A DNA stretch of 62,467 bases, counting the filler. It is 6 parts of 6 records of this genome, joined end to end, with 100 filler letters (N's around TTAATTAATTAA, not from the genome) between each part and the next. Parts side by side here need not be neighbours in the genome. Positions count along the whole stretch, not along the records: positions 1 to 10,727 come from SRR31156797_5018; positions 10,828 to 34,640 come from SRR31156797_5020; 4 more parts are not named here. One strand, 5' to 3'. Below, piece after piece: positions 8,568-18,032 of the stretch (positions within the stretch are counted from its first letter, which is position 1; each line of letters starts with the position of its first letter). A model generated the notes under the pieces. It did no database searches, was not told the origin of the DNA, and saw only the letters and a program-made list of their open reading frames with translations. The position numbers were made by a program, and so were the translations under genes.

Positions 8568-10178
8568 TTAACTATTTCGCCAGTCCTTGATATATAAAAC
8601 ATTGTTGTCATTTAATTGAATGACACTTTTTGATTGTAAAAATGAGGAGGTTTCACTGCCATATTTATCGATCTCGTCAATTGCCACAAAAGATTGCTTT
8701 TCAGTTCCAGAATACACCTTAAACAGATTTGCAACAGAATCGTTCTCGATATTTTTGAACAGCAATGAGTCATGAGCGATAAATGGTAGGATTGTTGCTT
8801 CAAAGATCGCCAAATCCAATACTATAAGACTCGCATAAGCAGTCCCTGTTCCTGTATCTTCAAAAACCTCATACGAGTAGCTTGTTTCTTTAATTTGGAT
8901 AACTGGGCTTTTTCTGTCAGGGCCAAAAACAGATGCTACAATGCGCCTTATTCCGTCATTTATTGTATTTTGCAATAGACTAATTACTTGTATTTTTTCA
9001 TTTGAAAGTCTCTCTTTGATCAATTTTATTTCGTTTCTAAGTGCAACCTCTTTTGCATAAGAGTCATTTTCGCCCTTCATGTTGTATAAGGAAGTCGATA
9101 GTTCACAAACACGATCGACAATTTGATTTGGTTCTTCAATCGAAGTAAGTGTTTTCGCCATTTTTGAGTCTAATTCAAAAAGCTCGGCATTGATTAGAAA
9201 TAATTGATCCTTAAGCTCTCTTTCAGTCTCCCGGAGTTCTGATCTCAAAAGTCTAGCAACAGTGCTATGGAATTCTTCAATGTTTACCAATCTGTCCTTA
9301 TTAATTTCTGGGAAAAAATGTATTAACCCATCGAAATGCTTGCTTTTGATGTGTCTATTTTCAGTTATATTCCGTTGAATTCTAGAAAGCCTACTTTGGA
9401 TTATTAACTTGACATTCAAGAGTTTATCTTTTTGAATTTTAAGTTCTAAAACTTCACGGTTTACGACTTCAGCAATATTAGTAGCATACTTTGCTAGATT
9501 TACCTTGATATCTTCTATCTCTGATTCTATGCGAGCAATTCTCTCTGCATTAGCATTATATTCTCGTTTACCAATTTTAGGAATTATGCGTTGATTAATG
9601 GCAGATTTTAAAACCTTGCTTTCATCCTCCTTCTCCTTTAATCTCTCGGTTAACTCCTTTATCTCGCCATAACGTCCAAAAGTTTTAATAAGATTATTTA
9701 CGCAATCTTTACCAGACATTTGCTGTACAATATGAAGAGGTTTGTAAACATTCAGATTGTCTTTGCCCCAGACACGAAGATATAAACCAACAAAGGAACG
9801 AAAAGTAATATCTTCAATTATAATACCGTAAGCCGCCTTTAAAAATGAAGTATATTCTTGGATGGTTATGGCTGTAATAGGCTCATAATCAATACGACAT
9901 TTGAATACAATATCAGGATGAGACGTTCCTCTTCTAAATCTATAAATATCTCCTCCGAATTTAAAAGAAATAAAGTAATCGTGATGTCCTAGTTGTTCAA
10001 CAATATCTTTATTGTGAGATAGTAAACTATTCCCGCCGTAGGCGAAATCAATAACCATCAACAAAGATGATTTCCCAATAGAGTTGGTTGCGTTTTCATC
10101 GCCTAAAATGATGTTAAGACCCTTATGAAACGAAATGCTCTCAGTGCGAAATTTTTCGCATCGAATTTCAACTAACAT
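8568..10178 (-). CDS. lmuB: Lamassu LmuB-like / ABC-three-component SMC-like ATPase (DUF2326 family)
   Basis: Walker A GDENATNSIGKSS, long coiled coil, DTGTGT signature region and Walker B-like FIAHDS. Likely start ATG 10178 overlaps the upstream small gene. Confidence 0.85.
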   Translation of the reverse strand: MLVEIRCEKFRTESISFHKGLNIILGDENATNSIGKSSLLMVIDFAYGGNSLLSHNKDIVEQLGHHDYFISFKFGGDIYRFRRGTSHPDIVFKCRIDYEPITAITIQEYTSFLKAAYGIIIEDITFRSFVGLYLRVWGKDNLNVYKPLHIVQQMSGKDCVNNLIKTFGRYGEIKELTERLKEKEDESKVLKSAINQRIIPKIGKREYNANAERIARIESEIEDIKVNLAKYATNIAEVVNREVLELKIQKDKLLNVKLIIQSRLSRIQRNITENRHIKSKHFDGLIHFFPEINKDRLVNIEEFHSTVARLLRSELRETERELKDQLFLINAELFELDSKMAKTLTSIEEPNQIVDRVCELSTSLYNMKGENDSYAKEVALRNEIKLIKERLSNEKIQVISLLQNTINDGIRRIVASVFGPDRKSPVIQIKETSYSYEVFEDTGTGTAYASLIVLDLAIFEATILPFIAHDSLLFKNIENDSVANLFKVYSGTEKQSFVAIDEIDKYGSETSSFLQSKSVIQLNDNNVLYIKDWRNS

Positions 10179-10392
10179 AATAAACTTCCCTTGTCTGAGC
10201 ATTGACCTCTATACGACCAAGCACGTAGAGCAGATCTATGGCAAGCAAGAATTGATCGATACTTTCAAAGTTTTTCGAGGCAATACGATAAAGCTTCAAG
10301 ATATCCAACGGAGCAGGGCCTTGGTCAAGAATCGTTCCTACCAAACCTAACGCAGAATTTTCAATGGACACGACTTTATTAGGTGTAATCAT
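10168..10392 (-). CDS. lmuC: ABC-three-component middle component (LmuC-like)
   Basis: 74 aa, MITPNK...S.L...LY....QFLLAIDLLYVLGRI. Overlaps both neighbours. Confidence 0.8.
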   Translation of the reverse strand: MITPNKVVSIENSALGLVGTILDQGPAPLDILKLYRIASKNFESIDQFLLAIDLLYVLGRIEVNAQTREVYYVS

Positions 10393-10698
10393 TCAAACAC
10401 CTCACAGTTTTGAATAAAAAATGAGGCAACTATCTCAGCCGCCTCTATAGTTTGTGGCTTGGTGTTATTGTAAAACCAATCAACGATGTTTGAAAAAATA
10501 TCTTGTTGAGATATGCCCATATTTTTCTGTTTCAAATAAAAAGTTTTAACTTGCGAGTAAATCAAAACAGTAGAATTTGGATTGTTTTGCTCAATTTCTA
10601 AAAACTTGGTTTTGATGTATTGATAAAAGTCGGCAACGTTGTGCTTTATTTTATGTTGCGTTAACGGGGAAAGAGTTTTGTCAAATTTGACTTCTAAG
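10389..10698 (-). pseudogene. lmuA: 3' part of the ABC-three-component effector gene (LmuA C-terminal domain), truncated upstream
   Basis: Not in the ORF track. Manual translation gives LEVKFDKTLSPLTQHKIKHNVADFYQYIK...SQVKTFYLKQK...DIFSNIVDWF...AAEIVASFFIQNCEVFE*. The TGA overlaps the next ATG, and an in-frame TGA lies upstream inside the IS-like end. Confidence 0.75.
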
Positions 10699-10727
10699 TG
10701 TCAAGCCCCCATTTTTTGGTCCACTAC
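10699..10727. mobile_element. Probable IS terminal inverted repeat (IS3-like, TG-initial) at the contig end
   Basis: TGTCAAGCCCCCATTTTTTGGTCCACTAC abuts and interrupts the lmuA frame, and the contig breaks 29 nt later, as expected at a repeated element. The family call is from memory. Confidence 0.55.
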
Positions 10728-10827
10728 NNNNNNNNNNNNNNNNNNNNNNNNNNNNNNNNNNNNNNNNNNNNTTAATTAATTAANNNNNNNNNNNNNNNNN
10801 NNNNNNNNNNNNNNNNNNNNNNNNNNN
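10728..10827. other. Artificial contig spacer
   Basis: 100 nt of Ns around TTAATTAATTAA (stops in all six frames). Confidence 0.98.
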
Positions 10828-10829
10828 TG

Positions 10830-11924
10830 GAAGGTGGCGACACCTGGTATTATGATAACCAAACCGCTGTTCATCCGATGTTTGGAATTAATGGCACTTC
10901 AGATGGAGGTGGAGACCTGGGAACAGTACTCGGAATTACCGGAACCATGACTGATGGGATGAGTTTTTCTTATTCCGGTGAAAACAATTGGATTGACCAT
11001 CTTACAGCCACCGGAAACGGCGAAGTGATTCTCGAAAACCAATCGCCAAATTATGGCTGCGCAGTGGCAAACGAGGGAACGGGATACAAAACCATAGGAA
11101 CATCGTTTGAATTTAGCGGGTTGAACAACAGCGATGCACTGATGGAGGAGTTCCTTATTTTCTTCGACCTGATTCAAACGTTGCAGGCTAATTTCACATC
11201 TGATGTTACCGAGATATATACCGGTGAATCCGTGCAGTTTAACAACCTCTCAGTCGGCAACCCCATTTCCTTTAACTGGACTTTTGAAGGTGGAACACCC
11301 TCACAGAGTAATGAAGAAAATCCTGTGGTTACGTATAATCAACAGGGCCTTTATGATGTAACACTTATGATCTCCGATGGAACAACCTCGTCCACTTTTA
11401 CGGATAGTGAACTGATCAGTGTAATTTACAATGGCACCATACAATCCATATCCATTCCAGAAGGCTGGAGCGGTATATCATCCTGCCTGGTTCCGGAAAA
11501 CACAAATTTCAACAACATCCTCGGATTAAATCTACAAAATGTTGTGCTTATTCAAACCATGAACGGAGTTTTCTATCCTGAATATGCAGTCAACACGTTG
11601 GGGGAATGGGACTATGAAAGTGGTTATATGATCAAAGCTGAAAATTCATTTGTGCTGGCCATTCCGGGAACTAACCCAACCTCAAGACTGGTAACCCTGG
11701 AGGAAGGCTGGAACTTAATGCCGGTAATTTCACCCTGCGGAGCTACTGTCGGGCAGCTGTTTGGCCTCTTTCTGAGCAATGTAAATGTGATCAAATCGGT
11801 CGCCGGCACCGAAGTCTTCTGGCCTCAATTCAATATCAACACACTGGGATCCGTGGAGCCGGGGAAAGCTTATTTTGTGAATGTCGACCAGCAAATTACC
11901 ATCACGTTTCCTGAATGTGATTAA
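10830..11924 (+). CDS. PKD-domain secreted protein, 5'-truncated
   Basis: Frame is open to the contig edge. PKD motif ANFTSD...VQF.N.S...WTFEGGTP...ENPVVTY...G.YDVTL; repeated GW..IS units. Confidence 0.8.
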   Translation, partial: EGGDTWYYDNQTAVHPMFGINGTSDGGGDLGTVLGITGTMTDGMSFSYSGENNWIDHLTATGNGEVILENQSPNYGCAVANEGTGYKTIGTSFEFSGLNNSDALMEEFLIFFDLIQTLQANFTSDVTEIYTGESVQFNNLSVGNPISFNWTFEGGTPSQSNEENPVVTYNQQGLYDVTLMISDGTTSSTFTDSELISVIYNGTIQSISIPEGWSGISSCLVPENTNFNNILGLNLQNVVLIQTMNGVFYPEYAVNTLGEWDYESGYMIKAENSFVLAIPGTNPTSRLVTLEEGWNLMPVISPCGATVGQLFGLFLSNVNVIKSVAGTEVFWPQFNINTLGSVEPGKAYFVNVDQQITITFPECD

Positions 11925-12054
11925 CAGGTATTTCACGGATAAAACCCCGAATAAGCAGCAGGAATTATAATTTTTCCATTGGGATTACATTACTGTGAGG
12001 CCATCAAATCCTGCATAGAAATCACTGAAAGTTGAAAAAACACAGCGGATTGCA

Positions 12055-12339
12055 TTATAAGTTATCTTTTTTCTGACTCTGATTTTCTGAGCTTTCGCTT
12101 TCCTTCCGCCATTTCGACAACTCCAACTGAAGTGCAGCAATGGTTGCGTCAATATTTATTTCCATCACCTCTCCACGGCCGTCCCAGGCCAGGCCCTGAC
12201 GGTCGTATTCGCTTTGCAGCATCGCCTCAAGATCAGCAATTGTGAATGGCTCTTCACCGTTTCGCAAGCTGCTGACAAATGCCACAGTGCTATCAAACAT
12301 TTTTTTGTAAGTCTCTTCTCTCCAGCCTGCAATGTCCAT
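12055..12339 (-). CDS. Hypothetical protein
   Basis: 94-aa ORF with a globular-looking sequence, co-oriented with its neighbours. Confidence 0.65.
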   Translation of the reverse strand: MDIAGWREETYKKMFDSTVAFVSSLRNGEEPFTIADLEAMLQSEYDRQGLAWDGRGEVMEINIDATIAALQLELSKWRKESESSENQSQKKDNL

Positions 12340-12367
12340 TTTGATGTAAAATTGTTATTGGTTAATC

Positions 12368-12522
12368 GTTATTAAGCTATTTGGTTATTGAGTTATTCAT
12401 AATCTCTAATTTAGCGGCAGGCCTGTTGTTGAGCAGTTTGGATAAAACCGGGCTAACGAATATCCCTTTACTGCTATCCTTTAAATAATTCGCAACCAAT
12501 GACTGACAAATAGCTTAATAAC
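12368..12522. repeat. Perfect 16-bp inverted repeat flanking 123 bp
   Basis: GTTATTAAGCTATTTG (12368-12383) and CAAATAGCTTAATAAC (12507-12522). Confidence 0.8.
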
Positions 12523-12545
12523 CCGATAACTAAATTTCTCCCAAT

Positions 12546-12884
12546 CTAAAACCTGTCCACAACCCGGTTTCCAAACCAGAATTTTTTCACATTGCCATCG
12601 GCTTTTTTAAGCTGAAGCCAAATGTAAAGGCAGGCCAGAAAATTCCCCAGAATGAAAATTCCCAGAATCCAACCCAGTGAACGCCAGAAATCGTTTTCCC
12701 TGAAAATGATCCATCCTCCTACAATTGCAAATCCCACGTATACATCAATCAGGCTCACATGTCCCCAGGCCAGCGAGGTAAGAATGCCGCCTTCTTCCCA
12801 AATATTTCCAAAAACAAATCCGTAAACCAGAGTCAGGAACATGATGATGGTTCCGCCCATGGCAAAGTATTTAGCAGTTTTCAT
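12546..12884 (-). CDS. DUF1475-family membrane protein
   Basis: WG.VSLIDVYVGF....WI.FRE...LGN...CLY motif with several TM helices. Confidence 0.75.
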   Translation of the reverse strand: MKTAKYFAMGGTIIMFLTLVYGFVFGNIWEEGGILTSLAWGHVSLIDVYVGFAIVGGWIIFRENDFWRSLGWILGIFILGNFLACLYIWLQLKKADGNVKKFWFGNRVVDRF

Positions 12885-13318
12885 CGCTCAAAATATTTTT
12901 TGTACAACTTTTTTCGTGGTGAAAAGGAAAGGAACAATATGGGATAAATGAGAAAATCAAATAACTTCATCCCGGAACTAAAATACATATCATCAGTGAT
13001 TAACGTTGAGCTATCGCCGGTTTTTTTAATGGTGTGAATATGTTTCCAATGTTTAAGGCCAAAGGGTAACTTTTCTCCTTCGTCAACAAAAGCGTACTTT
13101 TCGGCAGTTCGTTCTTCACTTTTGATAATACTAATCCAGTCGGAGGGCAAAGGAAATTTAAACCGGATGTGCACTTTACTGCCCGGTTTTGATCCTTCAT
13201 AAGCCACAAGTCTGGCTATAAATTTTGGAGGAAGCAGAAAAGTGAACAACTCCTCGCCGAAATCTTCAGCTACTATTTCGAAGGGTGCATTTACCGGTGA
13301 TTTGAGGACAATTTGCAT
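12881..13318 (-). CDS. SRPBCC-family protein
   Basis: W.S.I...FVDEGEKLPFGLK.W.H.H...TLITD motif. Confidence 0.75.
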   Translation of the reverse strand: MQIVLKSPVNAPFEIVAEDFGEELFTFLLPPKFIARLVAYEGSKPGSKVHIRFKFPLPSDWISIIKSEERTAEKYAFVDEGEKLPFGLKHWKHIHTIKKTGDSSTLITDDMYFSSGMKLFDFLIYPILFLSFSPRKKLYKKYFER

Positions 13319-13407
13319 TGCTATTCTTTTTCAGCACCTAACCAAAGGAAAAAGCTTTTGTTCAAAGAGTTGGCTTGTAATCACGATGCCGGAGGAAATA
13401 AACCAGG

Positions 13408-15678
13408 CTAAATGTTTGATGATTCCAACATCTCACGGGAAAGGTTGATCAATTGATCTTTGGTGAAAGGCTTGGCCAGGTAGTGCGTAAATCCTTTGCT
13501 TAGGAGGTCTTCTCTGGTGTTCTTCATCACATTGGCTGTTACTGCCGCAATGGGGCAGGCACTGTAATGCGCTATGTCCCTGATTTTTTTCATGGCTTCA
13601 ATCCCCGTCATTTCACGGTTGAGGTTTACATCCATAAAAATCATATCGTACCGGAACCTTGCGGCTCTCTCCAGGGCACTGATCCCATTTTCGGATGTAT
13701 CCACATCATAGGATTCCAGTAGTAAATACTTCATATATTCACGGTTGGTTTTTTCATCCTCAACTATCAGCACACACGGTCTGAACCGGTCGGGGTGGCC
13801 GGCATTAGGGGAGGATGAGTCGCTGGGGGACAATTCTGCTTTCTTTGGAGCGGCCAATACCTCCTCATGCATATAGGATGGTATTTTTACATAAAACTCC
13901 GATCCATCACCAATCTCACTTTCAAGCCAAATTTCACCATCAAGTAGTTCAACAAAATGTTTGCAAATACTCAATCCTAAGCCCATGCCCTCATAAGCAC
14001 GATTCTGGCCTTCGCTACTTTGTCTGAAACGTTCAAAAATTTTTGCAAAATCTGATTTTTCAATACCAATGCCGCTGTCCTTCACGCTGATCATGGCCCA
14101 AAATCTTTTACCTGTGGATATCTGTTTACATGAAACACGCACCCCCCCCGATTCTGTATATTTGATTGCATTATCCAGTAAGTTACTGATTACATGGCCG
14201 ATCAATCTCTGATCGGTTCTTGACATTATGGATTGCTCGCTCACATTAACATTGAGCTCAAGATTTTTAGAAGTTGCATAGTTCTTATAGATGGCAGCTT
14301 TTTGCTCCACCAGGCTGCAGATATCAACCGGTTGTTTGTCGATTTCATTTTTGTTGGCTTCGATAAGTGAGAGGTCAATTATCGAATTTAGCGTACCCAG
14401 CAGCCGGTTTCCACTGCGGTCGATATGGTCGGCGATCTCGCTGAAACTGCTGTTCTGGAGCTCGAGTTTTAATATTTCGGCAAATCCAAGAATGCCATTG
14501 AGTGGAGTCCTCAACTCATGTGAAATATTTGACAGGAAGGTAGATTTAAGTTTGTCAGACTCATTGGCTTTTTCACGGGCTTTTGATAATTCATACTGTA
14601 GTTCCCGGCGTTCTTCCACAACTTTATCAAGTGCAAGCCTGGTTTGCTGATTTGTGGCTAAAATCAAATACCCTGTAAGGTCACGAGTGTCGTCAAACAC
14701 AGGTTGTACCGTTAAAAAAACAGGAATCTTGTCCCCCTTTTTGGGAAAAAGGAATAAAATGTTGTTCTTTTCCGGTGTTATTTTGTTGGTCTTTAAATCA
14801 TCATCAGGCCAGGTTGGAGGAATGTTTATGAAGTCTTTGATTGGTTTGCCCTGAACCTCTGTTGAAAGGTAGCTTAAGGTCATCGAGGCCGCATTGTTAA
14901 TATTCACAATATTTAGTTGCTGATCAGTAATGAATATGATATCAGCGGTGGCAGTGAACAGCGTTTCTCCGGTTGATTCGGGCCTGATGGGGAGTTCTTT
15001 GTATTTCACAATTGCAAATCCAATTCCAACCATCACAACTGCACAGGTAATATGGGCAAACTCGGGGGCGGAATGAAATCGAATTAAAGGTAGTATCAGG
15101 TTGCTTATCATAGAAATTATGTATCCTGTGGCTATCATCCATAAAATGATGGATCCTTTAATTCTGAGTTTGTTAAGGGAGATATTTCTTCTCCATTGAT
15201 AAATAATTATAAAACCAAAAATCAGGTATGCCGTTATATAAAATAAAAATAACCACAGCCAGATGGACGAGAAATCAGGGATAAATTTCCAGAAATTATT
15301 ATACCATAAAAAATCGTGAGCGTAAAGCGAATACACGAAAGATCTGAAAAGAAATATAACGCCAGGGAGAAATATCAGTGGCTGCAAAATGATATTGTTT
15401 ACCGCCCTGTTACGTCCCGCAAGGATAAGGGATAAATTAAGGAATATTGCCGGGAATAAAGTCCATCCAACCGAAGATACCCTGAACCATACAAAGGCAA
15501 ATTCTTTGGTTGGCGACATATAAATAAATACATAGGATAAAGCATACATACCTAATGCCAGCGACAATAACAGATAGTGCTGATGAAGCCTTGATTTGTG
15601 ATCATCCAAAAAAACGTACACACCAGCAATGAGTAATGTAAAAAAGGCCATTAAGGATATAAATGATATTAGGTTCAT
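13408..15678 (-). CDS. Hybrid sensor histidine kinase (7TM sensor-PAS-HisKA-HATPase-REC)
   Basis: About 7 N-terminal TM helices, H-box FLSNISHELRTPLNGI, NLLDNAIKYT, DSGIGI, GMGLGL, receiver domain with IVEDE/FMD/KP. Confidence 0.92.
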   Translation of the reverse strand: MNLISFISLMAFFTLLIAGVYVFLDDHKSRLHQHYLLLSLALGMYALSYVFIYMSPTKEFAFVWFRVSSVGWTLFPAIFLNLSLILAGRNRAVNNIILQPLIFLPGVIFLFRSFVYSLYAHDFLWYNNFWKFIPDFSSIWLWLFLFYITAYLIFGFIIIYQWRRNISLNKLRIKGSIILWMIATGYIISMISNLILPLIRFHSAPEFAHITCAVVMVGIGFAIVKYKELPIRPESTGETLFTATADIIFITDQQLNIVNINNAASMTLSYLSTEVQGKPIKDFINIPPTWPDDDLKTNKITPEKNNILFLFPKKGDKIPVFLTVQPVFDDTRDLTGYLILATNQQTRLALDKVVEERRELQYELSKAREKANESDKLKSTFLSNISHELRTPLNGILGFAEILKLELQNSSFSEIADHIDRSGNRLLGTLNSIIDLSLIEANKNEIDKQPVDICSLVEQKAAIYKNYATSKNLELNVNVSEQSIMSRTDQRLIGHVISNLLDNAIKYTESGGVRVSCKQISTGKRFWAMISVKDSGIGIEKSDFAKIFERFRQSSEGQNRAYEGMGLGLSICKHFVELLDGEIWLESEIGDGSEFYVKIPSYMHEEVLAAPKKAELSPSDSSSPNAGHPDRFRPCVLIVEDEKTNREYMKYLLLESYDVDTSENGISALERAARFRYDMIFMDVNLNREMTGIEAMKKIRDIAHYSACPIAAVTANVMKNTREDLLSKGFTHYLAKPFTKDQLINLSREMLESSNI

Positions 15679-15766
15679 GGCTGGAATACGGTTATGAGAG
15701 CCTGCTCATCATAGCAATTTACGATCACGAAAATACGACATATTTCAGCCATAGTCAAGAAAAAAA

Positions 15767-16489
15767 CTAGTGCTTTGTTTTAAGCTGCCTAATGTAGAGT
15801 TGGATTGTGTTTTCGAGTCCGTAATACAAAGCGTCTGCGATAAGGGCATGGCCTATCGACACTTCGAGCAGACCCGGAATATGTTGCTTAAAATATGCCA
15901 GATTTTCCAGGCTTAGGTCATGTCCGGCATTTAATTCCAGACCTACTTTTTCGGCTACTAGTGCTGCTTCAACAAAAGGTTTTATGGCCTCTTCACGGTT
16001 TTGGGCGTATCCGCTGGCGTAACTTTCTGTGTAAAGTTCCACCCGGTCTGTTCCTGTTTCTTTTGCATTTTCAATCATCCGGGTATCTGTTTCAATAAAA
16101 ATGGAGGTGCGGATGTCGTGTGCGTGTAATTCACTGATGATGTCGCGGAGTCGGTTTTTATTCTTCACTGTGTCCCAACCTGCATTTGAAGTGAGTACGT
16201 GAGGCGGGTCGGGCACAAGTGTTACCTGGGCAGGTTTAATAGTGGTGACCAACTCAATGAACTTCTGATTTGGATAACCCTCAATATTGAATTCAGTTGT
16301 TAAAACCGGTTTGAGTTCGTAAACATCACTGTAGCGAATGTGGCGTTCGTCAGGGCGGGGATGAACTGTGATGCCCTGGGCACCATATCGCTCACAATCC
16401 AAAGCGGCTTTTCGCACATCCGGAATATTTCCGCCGCGGGCATTCCGAAGAGTGGCAATTTTATTAATATTTACACTGAGTTTTGTCAT
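15767..16489 (-). CDS. pdxJ: Pyridoxine 5'-phosphate synthase
   Basis: [44 protein letters not shown]. Confidence 0.96.
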   Translation of the reverse strand: MTKLSVNINKIATLRNARGGNIPDVRKAALDCERYGAQGITVHPRPDERHIRYSDVYELKPVLTTEFNIEGYPNQKFIELVTTIKPAQVTLVPDPPHVLTSNAGWDTVKNKNRLRDIISELHAHDIRTSIFIETDTRMIENAKETGTDRVELYTESYASGYAQNREEAIKPFVEAALVAEKVGLELNAGHDLSLENLAYFKQHIPGLLEVSIGHALIADALYYGLENTIQLYIRQLKTKH

Positions 16490-16506
16490 GATGCTTCATT
16501 TTCCTG

Positions 16507-16530
16507 CAAATTTAACATTTAGTATGTTTG
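16507..16530. promoter_or_regulatory. Pair of Bacteroidota -7 promoter boxes for pdxJ and dtd
   Basis: TAAATTTG on - (16514-16507) and TATGTTTG on + (16523-16530) match TAnnTTTG. Confidence 0.6.
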
Positions 16531-16555
16531 CATTTTACAATTAAGAAAAAGTAAT

Positions 16556-17008
16556 ATGAGAGCAGTAATTCAGCGTGTAAACAAGGCTTCAGTTGAAATA
16601 GGGGATGAGATCAAAGGCAAAATTGATCATGGAATTCTCATTTTACTTGGTGTTGAAGATGCCGACAACCAGGATGATATTGGTTGGCTGAGTGGAAAGA
16701 TTTCACGGCTGCGTATTTTTGATGATGAAAATGGTGTGATGAATAAATCTGTCATGGATGTGGATGGCGAAATCATGATCATCAGCCAGTTTACGCTGCA
16801 TGCAAGCACAAAAAAGGGAAACCGGCCTTCATACATCAGGGCATCCAAGCCAGATGTGGCAATCCCGCTCTATCAGAATTTTATCGCCCGAATGGAAAAT
16901 GATACGGGAAAAACTCCGGTTACCGGAGAGTTTGGTGCGTATATGAAGATCGCATTGGAAAATGACGGGCCTGTTACCATCACCATCGATACCAAAAACA
17001 AGGAATAA
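16556..17008 (+). CDS. dtd: D-aminoacyl-tRNA deacylase
   Basis: MRAVIQRV, SQFTL, KGNRPS, G.FGA.M, NDGPVT. Confidence 0.96.
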   Translation: MRAVIQRVNKASVEIGDEIKGKIDHGILILLGVEDADNQDDIGWLSGKISRLRIFDDENGVMNKSVMDVDGEIMIISQFTLHASTKKGNRPSYIRASKPDVAIPLYQNFIARMENDTGKTPVTGEFGAYMKIALENDGPVTITIDTKNKE

Positions 17009-17011
17009 ACG

Positions 17012-17422
17012 CTAGCGTCGAAAGTTAAACACGAAATTCTTTTTTAAATCGGGGTGCAAGCTCTGGTACACAGGACAAGAGAACGCAGCTTTTTCGATTA
17101 TTTTTTTCTGTTTAGCTGAGTAGTCCATATCAGGGAAGTTAAATTCCACAACCACTTCACTTACCCTCCTGGGATTGCTCGCCATAATTTTGGTCACATC
17201 TATTTTTGTGCCATCAATGTTAAAACCATGTTCGTTTGCGGCAATTCCAATTATTGTTACTGCACATGTTCCAAGTGCCGTTGCAAGGGTATCAGTTGGT
17301 GAGAATGCTTCACCCTTGCCTTTATTGTCGATAGGAGCATCTGTTATGAATTGCTCTCCTGAGCGCAAATGCGTTGCTTTTGTTCTGAGGTTGCCAATGT
17401 ATTCAATGGATGATATTTTCAT
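17012..17422 (-). CDS. OsmC-family protein
   Basis: TDAP.DN.GKGEAFSPTD...L..C and CPV..SL motifs. Confidence 0.9.
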   Translation of the reverse strand: MKISSIEYIGNLRTKATHLRSGEQFITDAPIDNKGKGEAFSPTDTLATALGTCAVTIIGIAANEHGFNIDGTKIDVTKIMASNPRRVSEVVVEFNFPDMDYSAKQKKIIEKAAFSCPVYQSLHPDLKKNFVFNFRR

Positions 17423-17495
17423 TTGATTAGGTTTATTTTTCAGGGCTAATTAACAAAAAAAACATGCTTGGTTCCTGTGGCAAATAAAAAAAGGC

Positions 17496-17522
17496 AAAAA
17501 AAAACCCCACCGGGCGGTGGGG
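17496..17522 (-). terminator. Rho-independent terminator of the small Cys-rich gene
   Basis: CCCCACC-gggc-GGTGGGG hairpin with an adjacent A-run that reads as a U-tract on -. Confidence 0.7.
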
Positions 17523-17567
17523 ACAAAAAAATGAAATGAAAAAATTATCTCTCTCTCTAACTAATTA

Positions 17568-17876
17568 CTATTTTTTACCTTTATCTTTACTGCAGCATTT
17601 CTTTTCGCCTTTTTCACCTTTTTTATCACATTTGGCGTCGCTCTTTTCACACTTCTCCTTGCAATTTTCTTTATTGCAATTCTCTTTGTTGCATTTAGTT
17701 TTGGTAGTTTCTTTTTTCTTATCATCATCGTCAGCAAATGGTACGATTGATGATAAATCTTCTGAGCCAATGATAAGTTCTGCAGAGGTTGCATTTACTG
17801 ATTGAATTTTTGTCGCTGTTACGACTCCTGCTGCAAGAAACAATGCCAATGACAAGAATAATAATATCTTTTTCAT
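17568..17876 (-). CDS. Small secreted Cys/Lys-rich protein
   Basis: Signal peptide MKKILLFLSLALFLAAG. C-terminus KCNKENCNKENCKEKCEKSDAKCDKK...KKCC. Has its own -7 box and terminator. Confidence 0.7.
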   Translation of the reverse strand: MKKILLFLSLALFLAAGVVTATKIQSVNATSAELIIGSEDLSSIVPFADDDDKKKETTKTKCNKENCNKENCKEKCEKSDAKCDKKGEKGEKKCCSKDKGKK

Positions 17877-17926
17877 AATTTCGATTTTAAAATTTTTATT
17901 ATTGTTTTTAATTGTTTTCTGAGTTG

Positions 17927-17993
17927 CAAACATACGCCCGCACCAACCCCTCAGATGTTAACGCCTTGTTAAATACTGTTAATGATGTGTTAA
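17927..17993. promoter_or_regulatory. -7 box for the Cys-rich gene plus four TGTTAA direct repeats (candidate OmpR/PhoB-family sites)
   Basis: TATGTTTG on - at 17934-17927. TGTTAA at 17956, 17967, 17977 and 17988 (spacing 11/10/11). Confidence 0.6.
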
Positions 17994-18032
17994 TTTTTCA
18001 TTTGTCTGGTTCTGTCACCTATTTTTGATGTG

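Noticed and set aside
8333-8590. 85-aa + strand ORF next to the att site
   Set aside because: Starts inside the tandem repeat, has no RBS or recognisable motif and overlaps the lmuB end. Probably spurious.
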